Shown here: positions 1 through 8,720 of the stretch, piece by piece
How the letters are laid out: each line of letters begins with the position of its first letter
Numbering within the stretch: the stretch's first letter is position 1
DNA from: a virus
Direction: 5' to 3' (one strand)
DNA: 64,000 nt
IMG/VR virus record: IMGVR_UViG_3300005573_000055
Span: 91,524-155,523 of that record
The notes under the pieces: model-generated
Told to the model about the DNA's origin: nothing
Database searches by the model: none
What the model saw: only the letters and a program-made list of their open reading frames with translations
Position numbers and translations under genes: made by a program

Positions 1-240
1 TCGTTTTTCTGTTATATAAAATAGTAACGTAGTAGCTATATTAGCGGCAACGAAGGCAAGTGCAGGCTGTAACACCAGTAACAAGACAAATGCTATACCT
101 AAATACGTGAAAATATACAGCATGAAGATATAGAAGTAGCAGTAAATCATATAGAATGCAAACTTTAATCCTAAAAGGAAAAAGCTAAAGAACTGCTTAA
201 TTTTTAGTAAAAGCTTTTTTACCATTGTGATTAGCTTCAC
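1..240 (-). CDS. partial hydrophobic (membrane) protein, runs off window start
   Basis: Manually translated open frame from GTG 240 (AAGGAGG upstream) to position 1: MKLITMVKKLLLKIKQFFSFFLLGLKFAFYMIYCYFYIFMLYIFTYLGIAFVLLLVLQPALAFVAANIATTLLFYITEKR. Confidence 0.6.
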   Translation of the reverse strand, partial: MKLITMVKKLLLKIKQFFSFFLLGLKFAFYMIYCYFYIFMLYIFTYLGIAFVLLLVLQPALAFVAANIATTLLFYITEKR

Positions 241-388
241 TTTCAACCTCCTTGGTTTGTTTATTATTTGTTGTATATTGCGGGCAAAAGAGTACTTTTG
301 CGCCGGAAGTGACTATGATCTTGCACTTGTTAGCGCATTTTAAACATAGTTCAGCTACCTTCATCGAAGGATATTTCTCTGCTGACAT
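197..388 (-). CDS. small Cys-rich hypothetical protein
   Basis: ORF with AAGGAG RBS; CxxCxxxC...C pattern. Confidence 0.55.
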   Translation of the reverse strand: MSAEKYPSMKVAELCLKCANKCKIIVTSGAKVLFCPQYTTNNKQTKEVESEANHNGKKAFTKN

Positions 389-445
389 AAAAACTCCTTG
401 AGAAATGTTAATCGAATGGTTTGAAAAGCGCAGGTATTGTTTTAG

Positions 446-652
446 TTATTCTTTTCTATCAGCTTTTTTGTCATCATGCTTACTATCAAAGAGCTTGTTA
501 GCTTTAATAGTAAGCTCTTCGCCGGCAGGATTTTTAAATACATAAATCACATCACCAGTGTCAACTTCTACATCTTCGCCGATATACTTATATCCTCTTT
601 GCTCTAAGGCTATCTTAAGAGAGTTAATTAACTTTTCAACGTTTTTATCCAT
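446..652 (-). CDS. hypothetical protein
   Basis: ORF with AAGGAG RBS in a co-directional gene run. Confidence 0.7.
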   Translation of the reverse strand: MDKNVEKLINSLKIALEQRGYKYIGEDVEVDTGDVIYVFKNPAGEELTIKANKLFDSKHDDKKADRKE

Positions 653-671
653 ATTTTATAACTCCTTTATT

Positions 672-2318
672 TTATTTATCTAAATGCCAATCTACAAGTT
701 TAGCTGCTCGGCCTTCGTGGCCTTTAAATCCAGCAACCTTAGCCACACGGCCGATGTACTGATCTTTATTCTCCATAATGTCAAGAACTGTATCATAGTT
801 GCCAACCTGACCTGGTCCAAGCTTAAATCTTTTGCCTGACTCTAAAGATCTACACCACATAACACCTGCGATAGCACCTTTGTCAGTGATTCTAAAGTCA
901 ATGTCTTCAACTATCCAATCAAAAAGATCTTCACGCCACTTGATCTTAAAACCATTAATAATGGAATCACCAAAGCCAGTAGCAACAAGCCCTTCCATAG
1001 AACGATCATCTATATCGGTAAGCTCAACTACTTTGAGAATATCTGGCTTAAGAAGAGCAACTTTCTCTTGGAATTTTCTATTCTCAAAGAAGGGAGCATC
1101 ATAAAGCTTTAAGTTTCCATATTTATCTACGCGATAGAGCCTAATTTCTGGCTGGACATTATCAGGTCTAAGCGAGTTGGAGTTTAGTATTCCGCCAATT
1201 TCATGGGCTGGAATATATCCTCCGGGAATAATGCCAAAATACTTCTTCCGGAAGAGAAGCTCTCCCATAGCTTTAATCTCTTTCTCAGAAGAAACATCTG
1301 CCAATTCCCAGACTTTAGGTGTATATTCTATCCTTCGGCCCGTAGTTTTACTTATTCGCGGGGAATAGATTCTTGTGCCTTTCTTTGTAGTCCAGACGTA
1401 ACAACTAGCTCCATCATATTTCTTAGTAATTGTCGCCGGATCAATTTTCTTCTCAAACTCGCTAACAGTATCAATGAGCTTTAAGTGCAATCTATCTTCA
1501 AACCTAACATCAGGATTAGTCTTAAAGCCCCAAACAGCGATAGGAGTCTTGCCATCATAAAGTTTATGGATGTATATAGTATTATCAGGATCCAGCTGTG
1601 GGATATACATTTCTGCAGTTTCACCTTTTCCGCCGGAAATCTTCATAATCAAAGCATCTCCTTCAAGGACCTTCTGTCTAGTAAAACCACTACCATAGCC
1701 TTGACTTAGACTGCCGTTAAAGAACTCAAAAGAAGCCTCACTTTTAGAATGGTCAATATTTTGAGGAACTCTCGAGCGATTACTAATCTCTTCCCGCAAA
1801 AATGCAATAAGCTCTTTCTTGGAAGTTTCAGTCAAATGTCCATCTCTATTAAACTTAATTTTACTTTCCACAGGCTTACCAGATACTCTTACAATGAAAG
1901 AAGTGCCATTTCCAAAATGCACATCAAGGTGTTTGCCTGCTCTACTGGCATCATGATAGACAACAACAAAGCTTGTTTTTCCCTTAGAAGAAAACCAGCT
2001 TCTTCTGCCAAGAAAGAGGTGAGACTCATTTATGTTATGCATCCTAATTACTTTCATTGCAGCCAGATCAACAATACTAAAAGCAACCATAAAGCCAAAG
2101 CTTTCGCCTAAACGCTCGGCAAAGTGTCTTCCATCCCCCTTTTTCGCCCGAAAAATAAACGCTCCCTTCCTTGCAACCCTCAAAGCCTTAACAAGCTTTC
2201 CAACAGGAAGTAAACCAACAAAATTCCAAAAACTAAGCCTTCCTAAACCTAAAGACCTACTTCCCTGGCCAACAACAATACTAAACTCCTCTAAGAATTT
2301 CACTTTTCCTCCTTGCAT
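672..2318 (-). CDS. ATP-dependent DNA ligase with N-terminal LigD-type 3'-phosphoesterase (PE) domain
   Basis: PE-like motifs FVVVYHDASRAGKHLDVHF and DH...GYGSG; ligase motifs KYDG (I), MGEL (III), EGLV (IV), KIK (V); OB-fold-like C-terminus (GVMWC..KRFKLGPG). Confidence 0.75.
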   Translation of the reverse strand: MQGGKVKFLEEFSIVVGQGSRSLGLGRLSFWNFVGLLPVGKLVKALRVARKGAFIFRAKKGDGRHFAERLGESFGFMVAFSIVDLAAMKVIRMHNINESHLFLGRRSWFSSKGKTSFVVVYHDASRAGKHLDVHFGNGTSFIVRVSGKPVESKIKFNRDGHLTETSKKELIAFLREEISNRSRVPQNIDHSKSEASFEFFNGSLSQGYGSGFTRQKVLEGDALIMKISGGKGETAEMYIPQLDPDNTIYIHKLYDGKTPIAVWGFKTNPDVRFEDRLHLKLIDTVSEFEKKIDPATITKKYDGASCYVWTTKKGTRIYSPRISKTTGRRIEYTPKVWELADVSSEKEIKAMGELLFRKKYFGIIPGGYIPAHEIGGILNSNSLRPDNVQPEIRLYRVDKYGNLKLYDAPFFENRKFQEKVALLKPDILKVVELTDIDDRSMEGLVATGFGDSIINGFKIKWREDLFDWIVEDIDFRITDKGAIAGVMWCRSLESGKRFKLGPGQVGNYDTVLDIMENKDQYIGRVAKVAGFKGHEGRAAKLVDWHLDK

Positions 2319-2640
2319 TTTTCCGCATAATTACAGTAATCAACACAGAAATAGCATTCGACATAGTCAATCCCAAAATACCACCAGCAACAGCATCACC
2401 AAAGCCAAGCATCGAAACAAGGAAGCAAGTAACAAACAAATCAAGCAGGAAATACCTGCCGAGACTGAAAAACCTACCAATATTGCGGAACAATGAAAAT
2501 ACCTTGCCAAAGAAATCAACAATAAAATTTCCCTTCGGCCGATAAATATACACATTCTCCAAGAAAGGCCTAAGCTCCAAATACCAAAACCACACAGCTA
2601 CAACAACCATTGCAACACCAAGCAAAAGCAACATTGCCAT
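2281..2640 (-). CDS. membrane protein
   Basis: Two to three hydrophobic segments; AAGGAG RBS. Confidence 0.65.
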   Translation of the reverse strand: MAMLLLLGVAMVVVAVWFWYLELRPFLENVYIYRPKGNFIVDFFGKVFSLFRNIGRFFSLGRYFLLDLFVTCFLVSMLGFGDAVAGGILGLTMSNAISVLITVIMRKNARRKSEILRGV

Positions 2641-2643
2641 AGC

Positions 2644-2802
2644 TTACTTCTCCTTTATTGTTTTAAACTTAGATAAAGCACCAAATGCCTTCTCCTGCAA
2701 CTTAGAAGTTAATTTCCAGAAAGTCAAGAACAGCACGCTGTAAATAAACACTCTCAATGAAGAAAAGTACATCTTCAAGTAGTGTTTAACCTTAATGACC
2801 AT
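2644..2802 (-). CDS. small hypothetical membrane protein (52 aa, not in ORF track)
   Basis: MVIKVKHYLKMYFSSLRVFIYSVLFLTFWKLTSKLQEKAFGALSKFKTIKEK preceded by AAGGAGG. Confidence 0.6.
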   Translation of the reverse strand: MVIKVKHYLKMYFSSLRVFIYSVLFLTFWKLTSKLQEKAFGALSKFKTIKEK

Positions 2803-2909
2803 AATGCCTCCTTAATGACTCTTAAATGCCTCTTTTAGGCTGTTTTTCATTTGAGTTAGAAAAGTAAGGCGGGTCTTGCCCGCCCTGGAACACCTGGATT
2901 GGCAGAGGA

Positions 2910-3320
2910 TCAGAAGGGAAGGTCGTCCGGAAGCCCGACTCCCTCTACCTCTGCCAATTTGTCAGACAAAACCTGACTTTCTGTCATACCAGCTTCCTCT
3001 GTACCGTTGCCATTACCTCTCAGGATGTTTATCTGAGTAGCAAGAACGTCGTAATAAGCTACCTGAGTGTCTTTATTATAGGAAGAGCGAAGTTTCCCGA
3101 CGATTAAGACCTTCTGTCCTTTCTTGAAGGAATTGGCTTTGTCGTCGAAGTTAGTGAAATAGGAAATATTGTGCCAGGTAGTATGCTTTGTCAGGCCGTT
3201 TCTGCCGTTGTAAAACTCGTCGTTGGCTAGTTTGAAGGCAACGAACTTTCGGCCATTTTCAGAATTGCGGATGATAGGATCACTGCCAATATTTCCTTCG
3301 AGAATTACTAAGTTAATCAT
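2910..3320 (-). CDS. ssb: single-stranded DNA-binding protein
   Basis: MINLVILEGNIGSDP, TWHNI, KKGQKVLIVGKL, acidic tail DDLPF. Confidence 0.93.
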   Translation of the reverse strand: MINLVILEGNIGSDPIIRNSENGRKFVAFKLANDEFYNGRNGLTKHTTWHNISYFTNFDDKANSFKKGQKVLIVGKLRSSYNKDTQVAYYDVLATQINILRGNGNGTEEAGMTESQVLSDKLAEVEGVGLPDDLPF

Positions 3321-3613
3321 GCTATTTCCTCCGATGTTTGTTTGAGTGTTAACTTTTTGGATTTGTAGAGATTGTCAAGAACAGTCTTAGAGACGTTTAA
3401 TTCTCTGATGGTAAGCCCATTGCGGACGACTAGGGATATTTTCCCGAGCAAAGAGGATATAGTTTGTATATCTTTCTGGCTGCAGGAGCTTCCATCTAAT
3501 TTTTGCGGGCGAAGGACATACATTGTTCCTTCTTTGCGGGAATCAAATTTCCTCACAATCTGGAACATGATGTCCTTCTTCTTACTCTTTGGAACTAAGT
3601 AGTACATTGTCAC
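3317..3613 (-). CDS. hypothetical protein
   Basis: AAGGAGG RBS; ATGA overlap with ssb. Confidence 0.7.
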   Translation of the reverse strand: MTMYYLVPKSKKKDIMFQIVRKFDSRKEGTMYVLRPQKLDGSSCSQKDIQTISSLLGKISLVVRNGLTIRELNVSKTVLDNLYKSKKLTLKQTSEEIA

Positions 3614-3795
3614 ACCTCCTTTTTATTTGTTTATTCAAAATCCTTTTCTTTTCCTGATAGAAAGTCTCTAAAGCTTGTAGAGCACCAAAGACTTTCTAAT
3701 CAGGGGCGAAAAGGCTTGTCTTTCAAATGCAAATCTATAGCACCTGCAAATGCAGGAAAGCTGCATTTTTGTATGCCTTTCTGCTACAGACTGAT

Positions 3796-3968
3796 GTTTA
3801 TCCTCCGGGAAAGTCTTTCAAGAGGGTTTTTCATTCGCCGGAAAGGGAGTTTATCCTCCGGGAGAAACCTTTCAAGAGGCTTATCCTTTCTTGAGGGGTT
3901 TATCCTCCGGGGATGGGCCTTTCAAGATAGCTTATCCTCTCTTGAAAGAGGAGCTTTATCCTCCGGGA
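3796..3968. repeat. imperfect tandem repeat cassette (4x TTTATCCTCCGGG, 3x CTTTCAAGA; period 49-56 nt)
   Basis: 15-nt units start at 3796, 3849, 3898, 3954; intergenic. Confidence 0.85.
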
Positions 3969-4046
3969 AGTAAGCAAATTTTCTCGTGGATTGCTGGTCG
4001 AGGGCTATCAGGCAACCCACGCTAGCTATTTCAAACCTGTTTATGC

Positions 4047-4322
4047 TTAGAAATACTCCACAAAGTCGTGTTTTCTGTGGTATGTAAACTTTTTCTCGGG
4101 GGTTAGAATGGTGCTGAAGTCAAACTTTTCGTTTCTGGTGAAGGTTTTTATTTCATGCTCAAGTCCGGAAGGTGGTTCTTCGTCTAATTTTGCGGCGAAG
4201 AAGTAAATTTTACCTCCTTTGTAAGCTATGAGCTTGTATCCTTCAGCTTTCTGGATGGTTTCTGTCTGCAGGGTGTGTAGGTCCACAACTTTGGTAAGTC
4301 TAAAAGTCATTTGTCTCCTCAA
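4047..4322 (-). CDS. hypothetical protein
   Basis: ORF overlapping upstream gene in a tight run. Confidence 0.6.
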   Translation of the reverse strand: MRRQMTFRLTKVVDLHTLQTETIQKAEGYKLIAYKGGKIYFFAAKLDEEPPSGLEHEIKTFTRNEKFDFSTILTPEKKFTYHRKHDFVEYF

Positions 4323-4560
4323 AGTTTTCTTCTTTAAGCGTTTTTGCGAATCCTCTTGCAGCTTTACGCATTGCGTAGGCTGTAATAAACGCCATTTTGA
4401 AGAGTCCGTAGGTCATTTTAACGTCGTCAATGGTGGCTGTAACTTTGTCGGAGGCCTTCTGGATCTGCAGTTTGGCCTTTTTCTGTAGGTCTTGGATGTC
4501 TTCCTTTGCCGCTTGCTTGACTACTGGGAGTTCTTGCTTTAGGGCCTTGAAGAATTTCAT
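4300..4560 (-). CDS. hypothetical helical protein, paralog of 4557..4799
   Basis: Shared LKxELPVxKQAAKEDxQxL and FxxAYxM motifs. Confidence 0.75.
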   Translation of the reverse strand: MKFFKALKQELPVVKQAAKEDIQDLQKKAKLQIQKASDKVTATIDDVKMTYGLFKMAFITAYAMRKAARGFAKTLKEENFEETNDF

Positions 4561-4799
4561 TGTTTATCCTCCTTTTTTAGCATTTCTTTTACGGTTATAG
4601 GTCTTTGGTTGGGTTTGGACATCATGTAAGCTGCCAGGAATCCTACTTTGACGGCTTCGTAGAACATTTTTGCTTCTTCAACAGTCTCTTTAGCCTTTTC
4701 TATCACATCTTTGGCGGTTTTGTCTAAATTCTGCAAGTCTTCCTTTGCTGCCTGCTTTAAAACTGGAAGTTCTTTCTTTAAGAGTTCTAAGAGTTTCAT
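4557..4799 (-). CDS. hypothetical helical protein, paralog of 4300..4560
   Basis: See paralog; AGGAGG RBS. Confidence 0.75.
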   Translation of the reverse strand: MKLLELLKKELPVLKQAAKEDLQNLDKTAKDVIEKAKETVEEAKMFYEAVKVGFLAAYMMSKPNQRPITVKEMLKKEDKQ

Positions 4800-4819
4800 T
4801 GTTACCTCCTTGGTTTTTG

Positions 4820-5068
4820 TTATGGCATTACACTTGCCCTGAGACGGGCTAAGATATCCTTGTATTTTCTCCAGCTTTCTTTGTAATCATCAGGTATCTG
4901 AATCCCGTCGCATATGCTCTGGACTCTGTCTATCTCGTCATACAGCCCTGATTCAGCAAAATTGTTCATGTGGTTTCGCATTTCGATGATTGTCTCCACG
5001 AAGGAGGCCTGAATTGCCTCCCTCGGGGTTAAATACTTTGGTACTAAATCACAGATTGAAGACTTCAC
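4820..5068 (-). CDS. hypothetical protein
   Basis: ORF with AGGAG RBS, GTG start. Confidence 0.65.
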   Translation of the reverse strand: MKSSICDLVPKYLTPREAIQASFVETIIEMRNHMNNFAESGLYDEIDRVQSICDGIQIPDDYKESWRKYKDILARLRASVMP

Positions 5069-5076
5069 AGCCGCTC

Positions 5077-5361
5077 CTATTTATGTTCTAAAATGAATGT
5101 TGGATCTATGTAGGTGTATCTCTCAACATCCTCCAAGCGGACAACGCTGACGTACTCTAGGCCAGGACCTAATTTAACTATAGCTTTAGCTCTGTCGGTG
5201 TAGCTTTTGATGATTGTGCTCTCTGGTTCAATACCCAGGCTTTCTAATCTGGACATGGCCTTCTGGATTGCAGCTTCGCGCAATAGGGTATCGTTGTACC
5301 TTGCCAGAAAGTCCTGAAGCGGCATTCTGTGCCCTTTGTGAACTACCATTATTTCTGCCAT
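5077..5361 (-). CDS. hypothetical protein
   Basis: ORF with GGAGG RBS abutting upstream gene. Confidence 0.7.
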   Translation of the reverse strand: MAEIMVVHKGHRMPLQDFLARYNDTLLREAAIQKAMSRLESLGIEPESTIIKSYTDRAKAIVKLGPGLEYVSVVRLEDVERYTYIDPTFILEHK

Positions 5362-5601
5362 TTATTCCTCCGTTATTTGTTTTATGTGTTCGTTAACCAT
5401 TCTTGCTAAGCCTTCATGTCTGGGAATAAGCGTAAGCTCCTTCTTCCCGGGGAGATATTGGCTGGCAATTACTGTTCGGCAGTCATTAATTATCTGACTT
5501 GCCGTCTCTCCCTCTTCAACCGAAATAGTGAACTTAATGGTCTCCTGGTGAAATCTTTCCAAGGGAGCTGAAAATTCGTATTCGATTTGCACAAGTTTCA
5601 T
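5362..5601 (-). CDS. hypothetical protein
   Basis: ORF with AAGGAGG RBS. Confidence 0.7.
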   Translation of the reverse strand: MKLVQIEYEFSAPLERFHQETIKFTISVEEGETASQIINDCRTVIASQYLPGKKELTLIPRHEGLARMVNEHIKQITEE

Positions 5602-5621
5602 TTTTCCTCCTTTGTTAGTTA

Positions 5622-6050
5622 TTATTTTCTTCCAGCATCAGCAGGTATCTCTCCCAGGCGGGCAGTGTCCCATTTTTCGAGTCGGAAATCCCCTTGCCTT
5701 AGGAGGTTCTTAATTGTCCAGCATGCTTTAAGCGTCTCTTCGTAATGGTTTATATTTTTCTTCTTAGGCTTACCATTTAGAGCCCAGCTTAAAGCAACCA
5801 TTGAGTCTGAGAATACGATGGCCTTCTTGAAGCCTTTGGCAATCAGCCATTGGAGCCCGATAATTATTGCCACAAGCTCCAGGAAGTTGTTCGAATAAGG
5901 CTTTTGCGAGTCCCAGCTGTGGACTATACGTCCTCTATATGTCACTTTTGCGCCGCCTAAACCAGGATTGCCGGAGGACCAGGCATCTACAGTTATATAG
6001 GGGTATTCCTCCCCTTCGGCGGTAATAACAGTTTTTTCCTTAACGATCAT
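5622..6050 (-). CDS. rnhA: ribonuclease HI (Bacillus halodurans RNase H-like catalytic domain)
   Basis: ITVDAWSSGNPG, SNNFLELVA, VFSDSMVALSW, KWDTARLGEIPADAGRK. Confidence 0.88.
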   Translation of the reverse strand: MIVKEKTVITAEGEEYPYITVDAWSSGNPGLGGAKVTYRGRIVHSWDSQKPYSNNFLELVAIIIGLQWLIAKGFKKAIVFSDSMVALSWALNGKPKKKNINHYEETLKACWTIKNLLRQGDFRLEKWDTARLGEIPADAGRK

Positions 6051-6065
6051 TACTCCTCCTTGTTT

Positions 6066-6281
6066 TTATTCAACTGATAAAGCTAAAGATAGCGGTCTAT
6101 GCAGCACACTCTGCCCGCAGAATGGACAGATCTCCCTTTCTTCTATCATGTCTGTAAAGACTGTCATTCCGCAGGATCTGCATACGATTACTGTTTGCTC
6201 TTCGGCGGGATCTTCGATTCTGTCAACGCCGAAAATTTCGTTAATAGAAAACAGTTCTTCCGGGCGGAGAATTATCTCCAT
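6066..6281 (-). CDS. zinc-ribbon protein
   Basis: CRSCG...CPFCG. Confidence 0.7.
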   Translation of the reverse strand: MEIILRPEELFSINEIFGVDRIEDPAEEQTVIVCRSCGMTVFTDMIEEREICPFCGQSVLHRPLSLALSVE

Positions 6282-6355
6282 AGTAACCTCCTATTTTTTG
6301 TTAATAAATTGGTTATTTTATGTGGTGCAAAGAGTAGGCTTTTTTGATGCAGAGC

Positions 6356-6481
6356 TTACTCTGCAGTCTGCCCTTTGTGTTTCGGATGGCGCTTGTAGAC
6401 GGTTTTCGGCGTTATCGGCCTACTCACCTTCTTTGGCAGCGGAATTCTGATCTTGGGTTTTTTGATCTTAGTACCTTTCAT
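6356..6481 (-). CDS. small basic protein (41 aa, not in ORF track)
   Basis: MKGTKIKKPKIRIPLPKKVSRPITPKTVYKRHPKHKGQTAE with AGGAG RBS. Confidence 0.6.
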   Translation of the reverse strand: MKGTKIKKPKIRIPLPKKVSRPITPKTVYKRHPKHKGQTAE

Positions 6482-6527
6482 TTGATTATCTCCTATTATG
6501 TATAGAGAAAGCGGCATTTAGCCGCTT

Positions 6528-6974
6528 TTAATCCAAATAATCGTCTAAAGCCTTTTGACGCAGTGGTTCTAAGGCATCCATGATTTCGTTGATGCCGTCC
6601 CACTGCTCTTCGGCGTAGTTGAACTCTTTGACCCTAAGAGACTGCTTGACTTTTCGGAAAGTCTCCGGGTCAAGCTTTCCGGAGTAGACCTGCAAAACGG
6701 AGGCTGGAACTGGACCGTCTGTGATGCGTAAGCTGAATCTCTCTCTTGGGAACACTCTGTCGGCTGTTGTGTCCCCTTTGAGGGATACGTCGTGCTGATC
6801 TTTAAGCGACGGCCACTTACAGAGAACAACTGCTCTGACAACGTTCTCTGAAATGATGTCTGTGATAACGAACTCGAGGTTTTTCTCGGGATATTTCCAG
6901 ATCTGGCCTTCTTCAAGGCGATCTGGTTTGTTGAGTAAATACTCAAGATAAGCGTGTTCTTCAAAGTGTGTCAC
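6528..6974 (-). CDS. hypothetical protein
   Basis: ORF with AGGAGG RBS; followed by hairpin AAAGCGGC-ATTTA-GCCGCTTT (6508-6528). Confidence 0.7.
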   Translation of the reverse strand: MTHFEEHAYLEYLLNKPDRLEEGQIWKYPEKNLEFVITDIISENVVRAVVLCKWPSLKDQHDVSLKGDTTADRVFPRERFSLRITDGPVPASVLQVYSGKLDPETFRKVKQSLRVKEFNYAEEQWDGINEIMDALEPLRQKALDDYLD

Positions 6975-7177
6975 AATTCCTCCTTTAATAATTGTTGCAG
7001 GTATAATTTATCACTTCTGCGCATGGCCCTTCTTATCTTGGCCTTTAGGTGACCTTTGGGCCTGCTTTTGTTGTTGCGCTCCTTTATCCAGCGATATTCT
7101 TCAGTCAGGCGTGCTGGATAATGGAGCTGTTCATTTTTAACCATTAGTTCCTCCATTTTAATTGTCTTTGTCTGCAA
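6971..7177 (-). CDS. small basic hypothetical protein (start probably downstream of 7177)
   Basis: ORF overlapping next gene (GTGA). Confidence 0.55.
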   Translation of the reverse strand: MQTKTIKMEELMVKNEQLHYPARLTEEYRWIKERNNKSRPKGHLKAKIRRAMRRSDKLYLQQLLKEEL

Positions 7178-7331
7178 TTTCAGTGATTAATGTGAACAAA
7201 GCGAACAGGAATATCATTCCGAACTCGTATGCCATAATAGCGGGTCTATCGTCCCCCGTTTCGTTACAGTATATGGCAACTGAAAATATGATAACCAGTG
7301 ATAACAGAGCAAGGAAGATGAGTGATTTCAT
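7158..7331 (-). CDS. small two-TM membrane protein (57 aa, not in ORF track)
   Basis: MKSLIFLALLSLVIIFSVAIYCNETGDDRPAIMAYEFGMIFLFALFTLITEIADKDN; AGGAGG RBS. Confidence 0.65.
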   Translation of the reverse strand: MKSLIFLALLSLVIIFSVAIYCNETGDDRPAIMAYEFGMIFLFALFTLITEIADKDN

Positions 7332-7339
7332 TTTACCTC

Positions 7340-7624
7340 CTATGATAATTTGATTTTAATTAAGATATATTCAACCGCTTTGCCGTCCGGAGCAACAGCG
7401 GTTCTTAGTTCGTAGTAGTTTTTGAGTTCGAATGAGTCGAGGATCTCAGTTTTGTCCATAACCTTCTTGTTTAAGGGAACTAATTCGATAAGATAGGCTT
7501 CCCAAACTTCGCCTTCTCTGGCGAGTTTGGCATTTATAAAGGCTGGGAAGATCACCTTCCCGTCTTGAAATATCGGAGCGCTTGAGAGCTTCCCGTACTT
7601 ATCTTTTGTTACTTTGAGTTCCAT
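7340..7624 (-). CDS. hypothetical protein; N-terminal ~53 aa paralogous to 7638..8564
   Basis: Shared PIFQDGKVIFP...LAxEGEVWEA...PLNK. Confidence 0.75.
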   Translation of the reverse strand: MELKVTKDKYGKLSSAPIFQDGKVIFPAFINAKLAREGEVWEAYLIELVPLNKKVMDKTEILDSFELKNYYELRTAVAPDGKAVEYILIKIKLS

Positions 7625-7637
7625 TTTTATCTCCTTG

Positions 7638-8564
7638 TTAGTTTATAATCTCTTCTGAGAGGACGGTTTCTCTCTCTAAGCAGTGTGAAACCTCTTTGAA
7701 TTCGAGGATTTCACTGCTTAATTCTTTGAAACCTTCTCTTTCGAGGGGTAAATTGTGATCAGCTGTCCATTTATATCCAATCTGTGCTATCTTGGTATAG
7801 CAATAGCGACGTGAGTCAACTCTTGACTCACGGACATTATCCTCACTGTTAGAATATTTTGGAGCGTAGCTGCTCCATCTTTCAATAATTCTCTTTACTT
7901 TTCTGACATCGATGTCCAGCTCAAACTCTTTGGATTCGACTCTTCTTGACAGAAATTCCTTCTCTACCACCTCGAAGGTTGTAGTGTCTTTTACGAAGCC
8001 GCGGTATTCAGCGACTTCCTTCTCTATATTCTCCCAGACTTTTAATTTCTTTGCATTCAAGTCGACTTCGCAGTTGTAGTCGCTGCTGAAGACCTTTCCG
8101 GTTGCGACTACTCTGATGATTTTGTTGTCAATAGACATAACTCTCTTGTATGTCTCTATTTCTTTTTTGTATTTATCGGCGATTTCAACAGGCAGATCTT
8201 TCCAATAGAAGTAGTAATTCGTATGGTCTGCCTTTACTTTCCCACCGACTCTGTAATATTTGATGTATGAAACCCCCTCTAGTATTCTTACATATCCATT
8301 AGAATAATAGTGCTCTTTGATTTGAGGGGCCGGCAATTCGGGAAGGATCAAGCGAAATACTCCCTTGAACATAGGTTTCCCTTTGCGGTCAACCTTGTTT
8401 AAGGGAATGAGCTTTACCAGTTCGGCTTCCCAGACTTCTCCTTCTTTGGCGAGTTCTGGGTTTTCAAAGACCGGGAAGATTACCTTTCCGTCCTGAAAGA
8501 TTGGAGAGCCTGCGAGCTCTCCGAACTTATTTCTAGTTATTGTTAATTCCATTTTCATCTCCAT
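7638..8564 (-). CDS. hypothetical protein
   Basis: 308-aa ORF sharing its N-terminal domain with the downstream gene. Confidence 0.75.
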   Translation of the reverse strand: MEMKMELTITRNKFGELAGSPIFQDGKVIFPVFENPELAKEGEVWEAELVKLIPLNKVDRKGKPMFKGVFRLILPELPAPQIKEHYYSNGYVRILEGVSYIKYYRVGGKVKADHTNYYFYWKDLPVEIADKYKKEIETYKRVMSIDNKIIRVVATGKVFSSDYNCEVDLNAKKLKVWENIEKEVAEYRGFVKDTTTFEVVEKEFLSRRVESKEFELDIDVRKVKRIIERWSSYAPKYSNSEDNVRESRVDSRRYCYTKIAQIGYKWTADHNLPLEREGFKELSSEILEFKEVSHCLERETVLSEEIIN

Positions 8565-8608
8565 ATGTTAGTTCACGGTCTCGGAGTGGTAGATATCCAC
8601 TCCTTTGC

Positions 8609-8690
8609 CAATACTAATGTAGTTCGATTGACAGTGTGTGTTAATGCAGGCGTGTGTGTGTCCTGGCGGCTTTCCTTTTAGCCGCCGCGT
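8609..8690 (-). promoter_or_regulatory. repeated promoter-like module, copy 1
   Basis: Minus strand: GC hairpin (GGCGGCT-AAAAGGAA-AGCCGCC), ACACACACGC box, then AATCGAACTACATTAG upstream of 8564. Confidence 0.6.
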
Positions 8691-8720
8691 GATTGGAATT
8701 ATCCGCCAGCACATAAAAAA

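Noticed and set aside
832-2496. Antisense and nested ORFs inside long genes here and throughout the window
   Set aside because: Shadow frames of well-supported genes with no recognisable motifs.
3796-3968. Canonical CRISPR array
   Set aside because: Repeats are degenerate and the intervening sequences are short and similar to each other, not unique spacers; no cas operon. Kept only as a possible repeat mimic.
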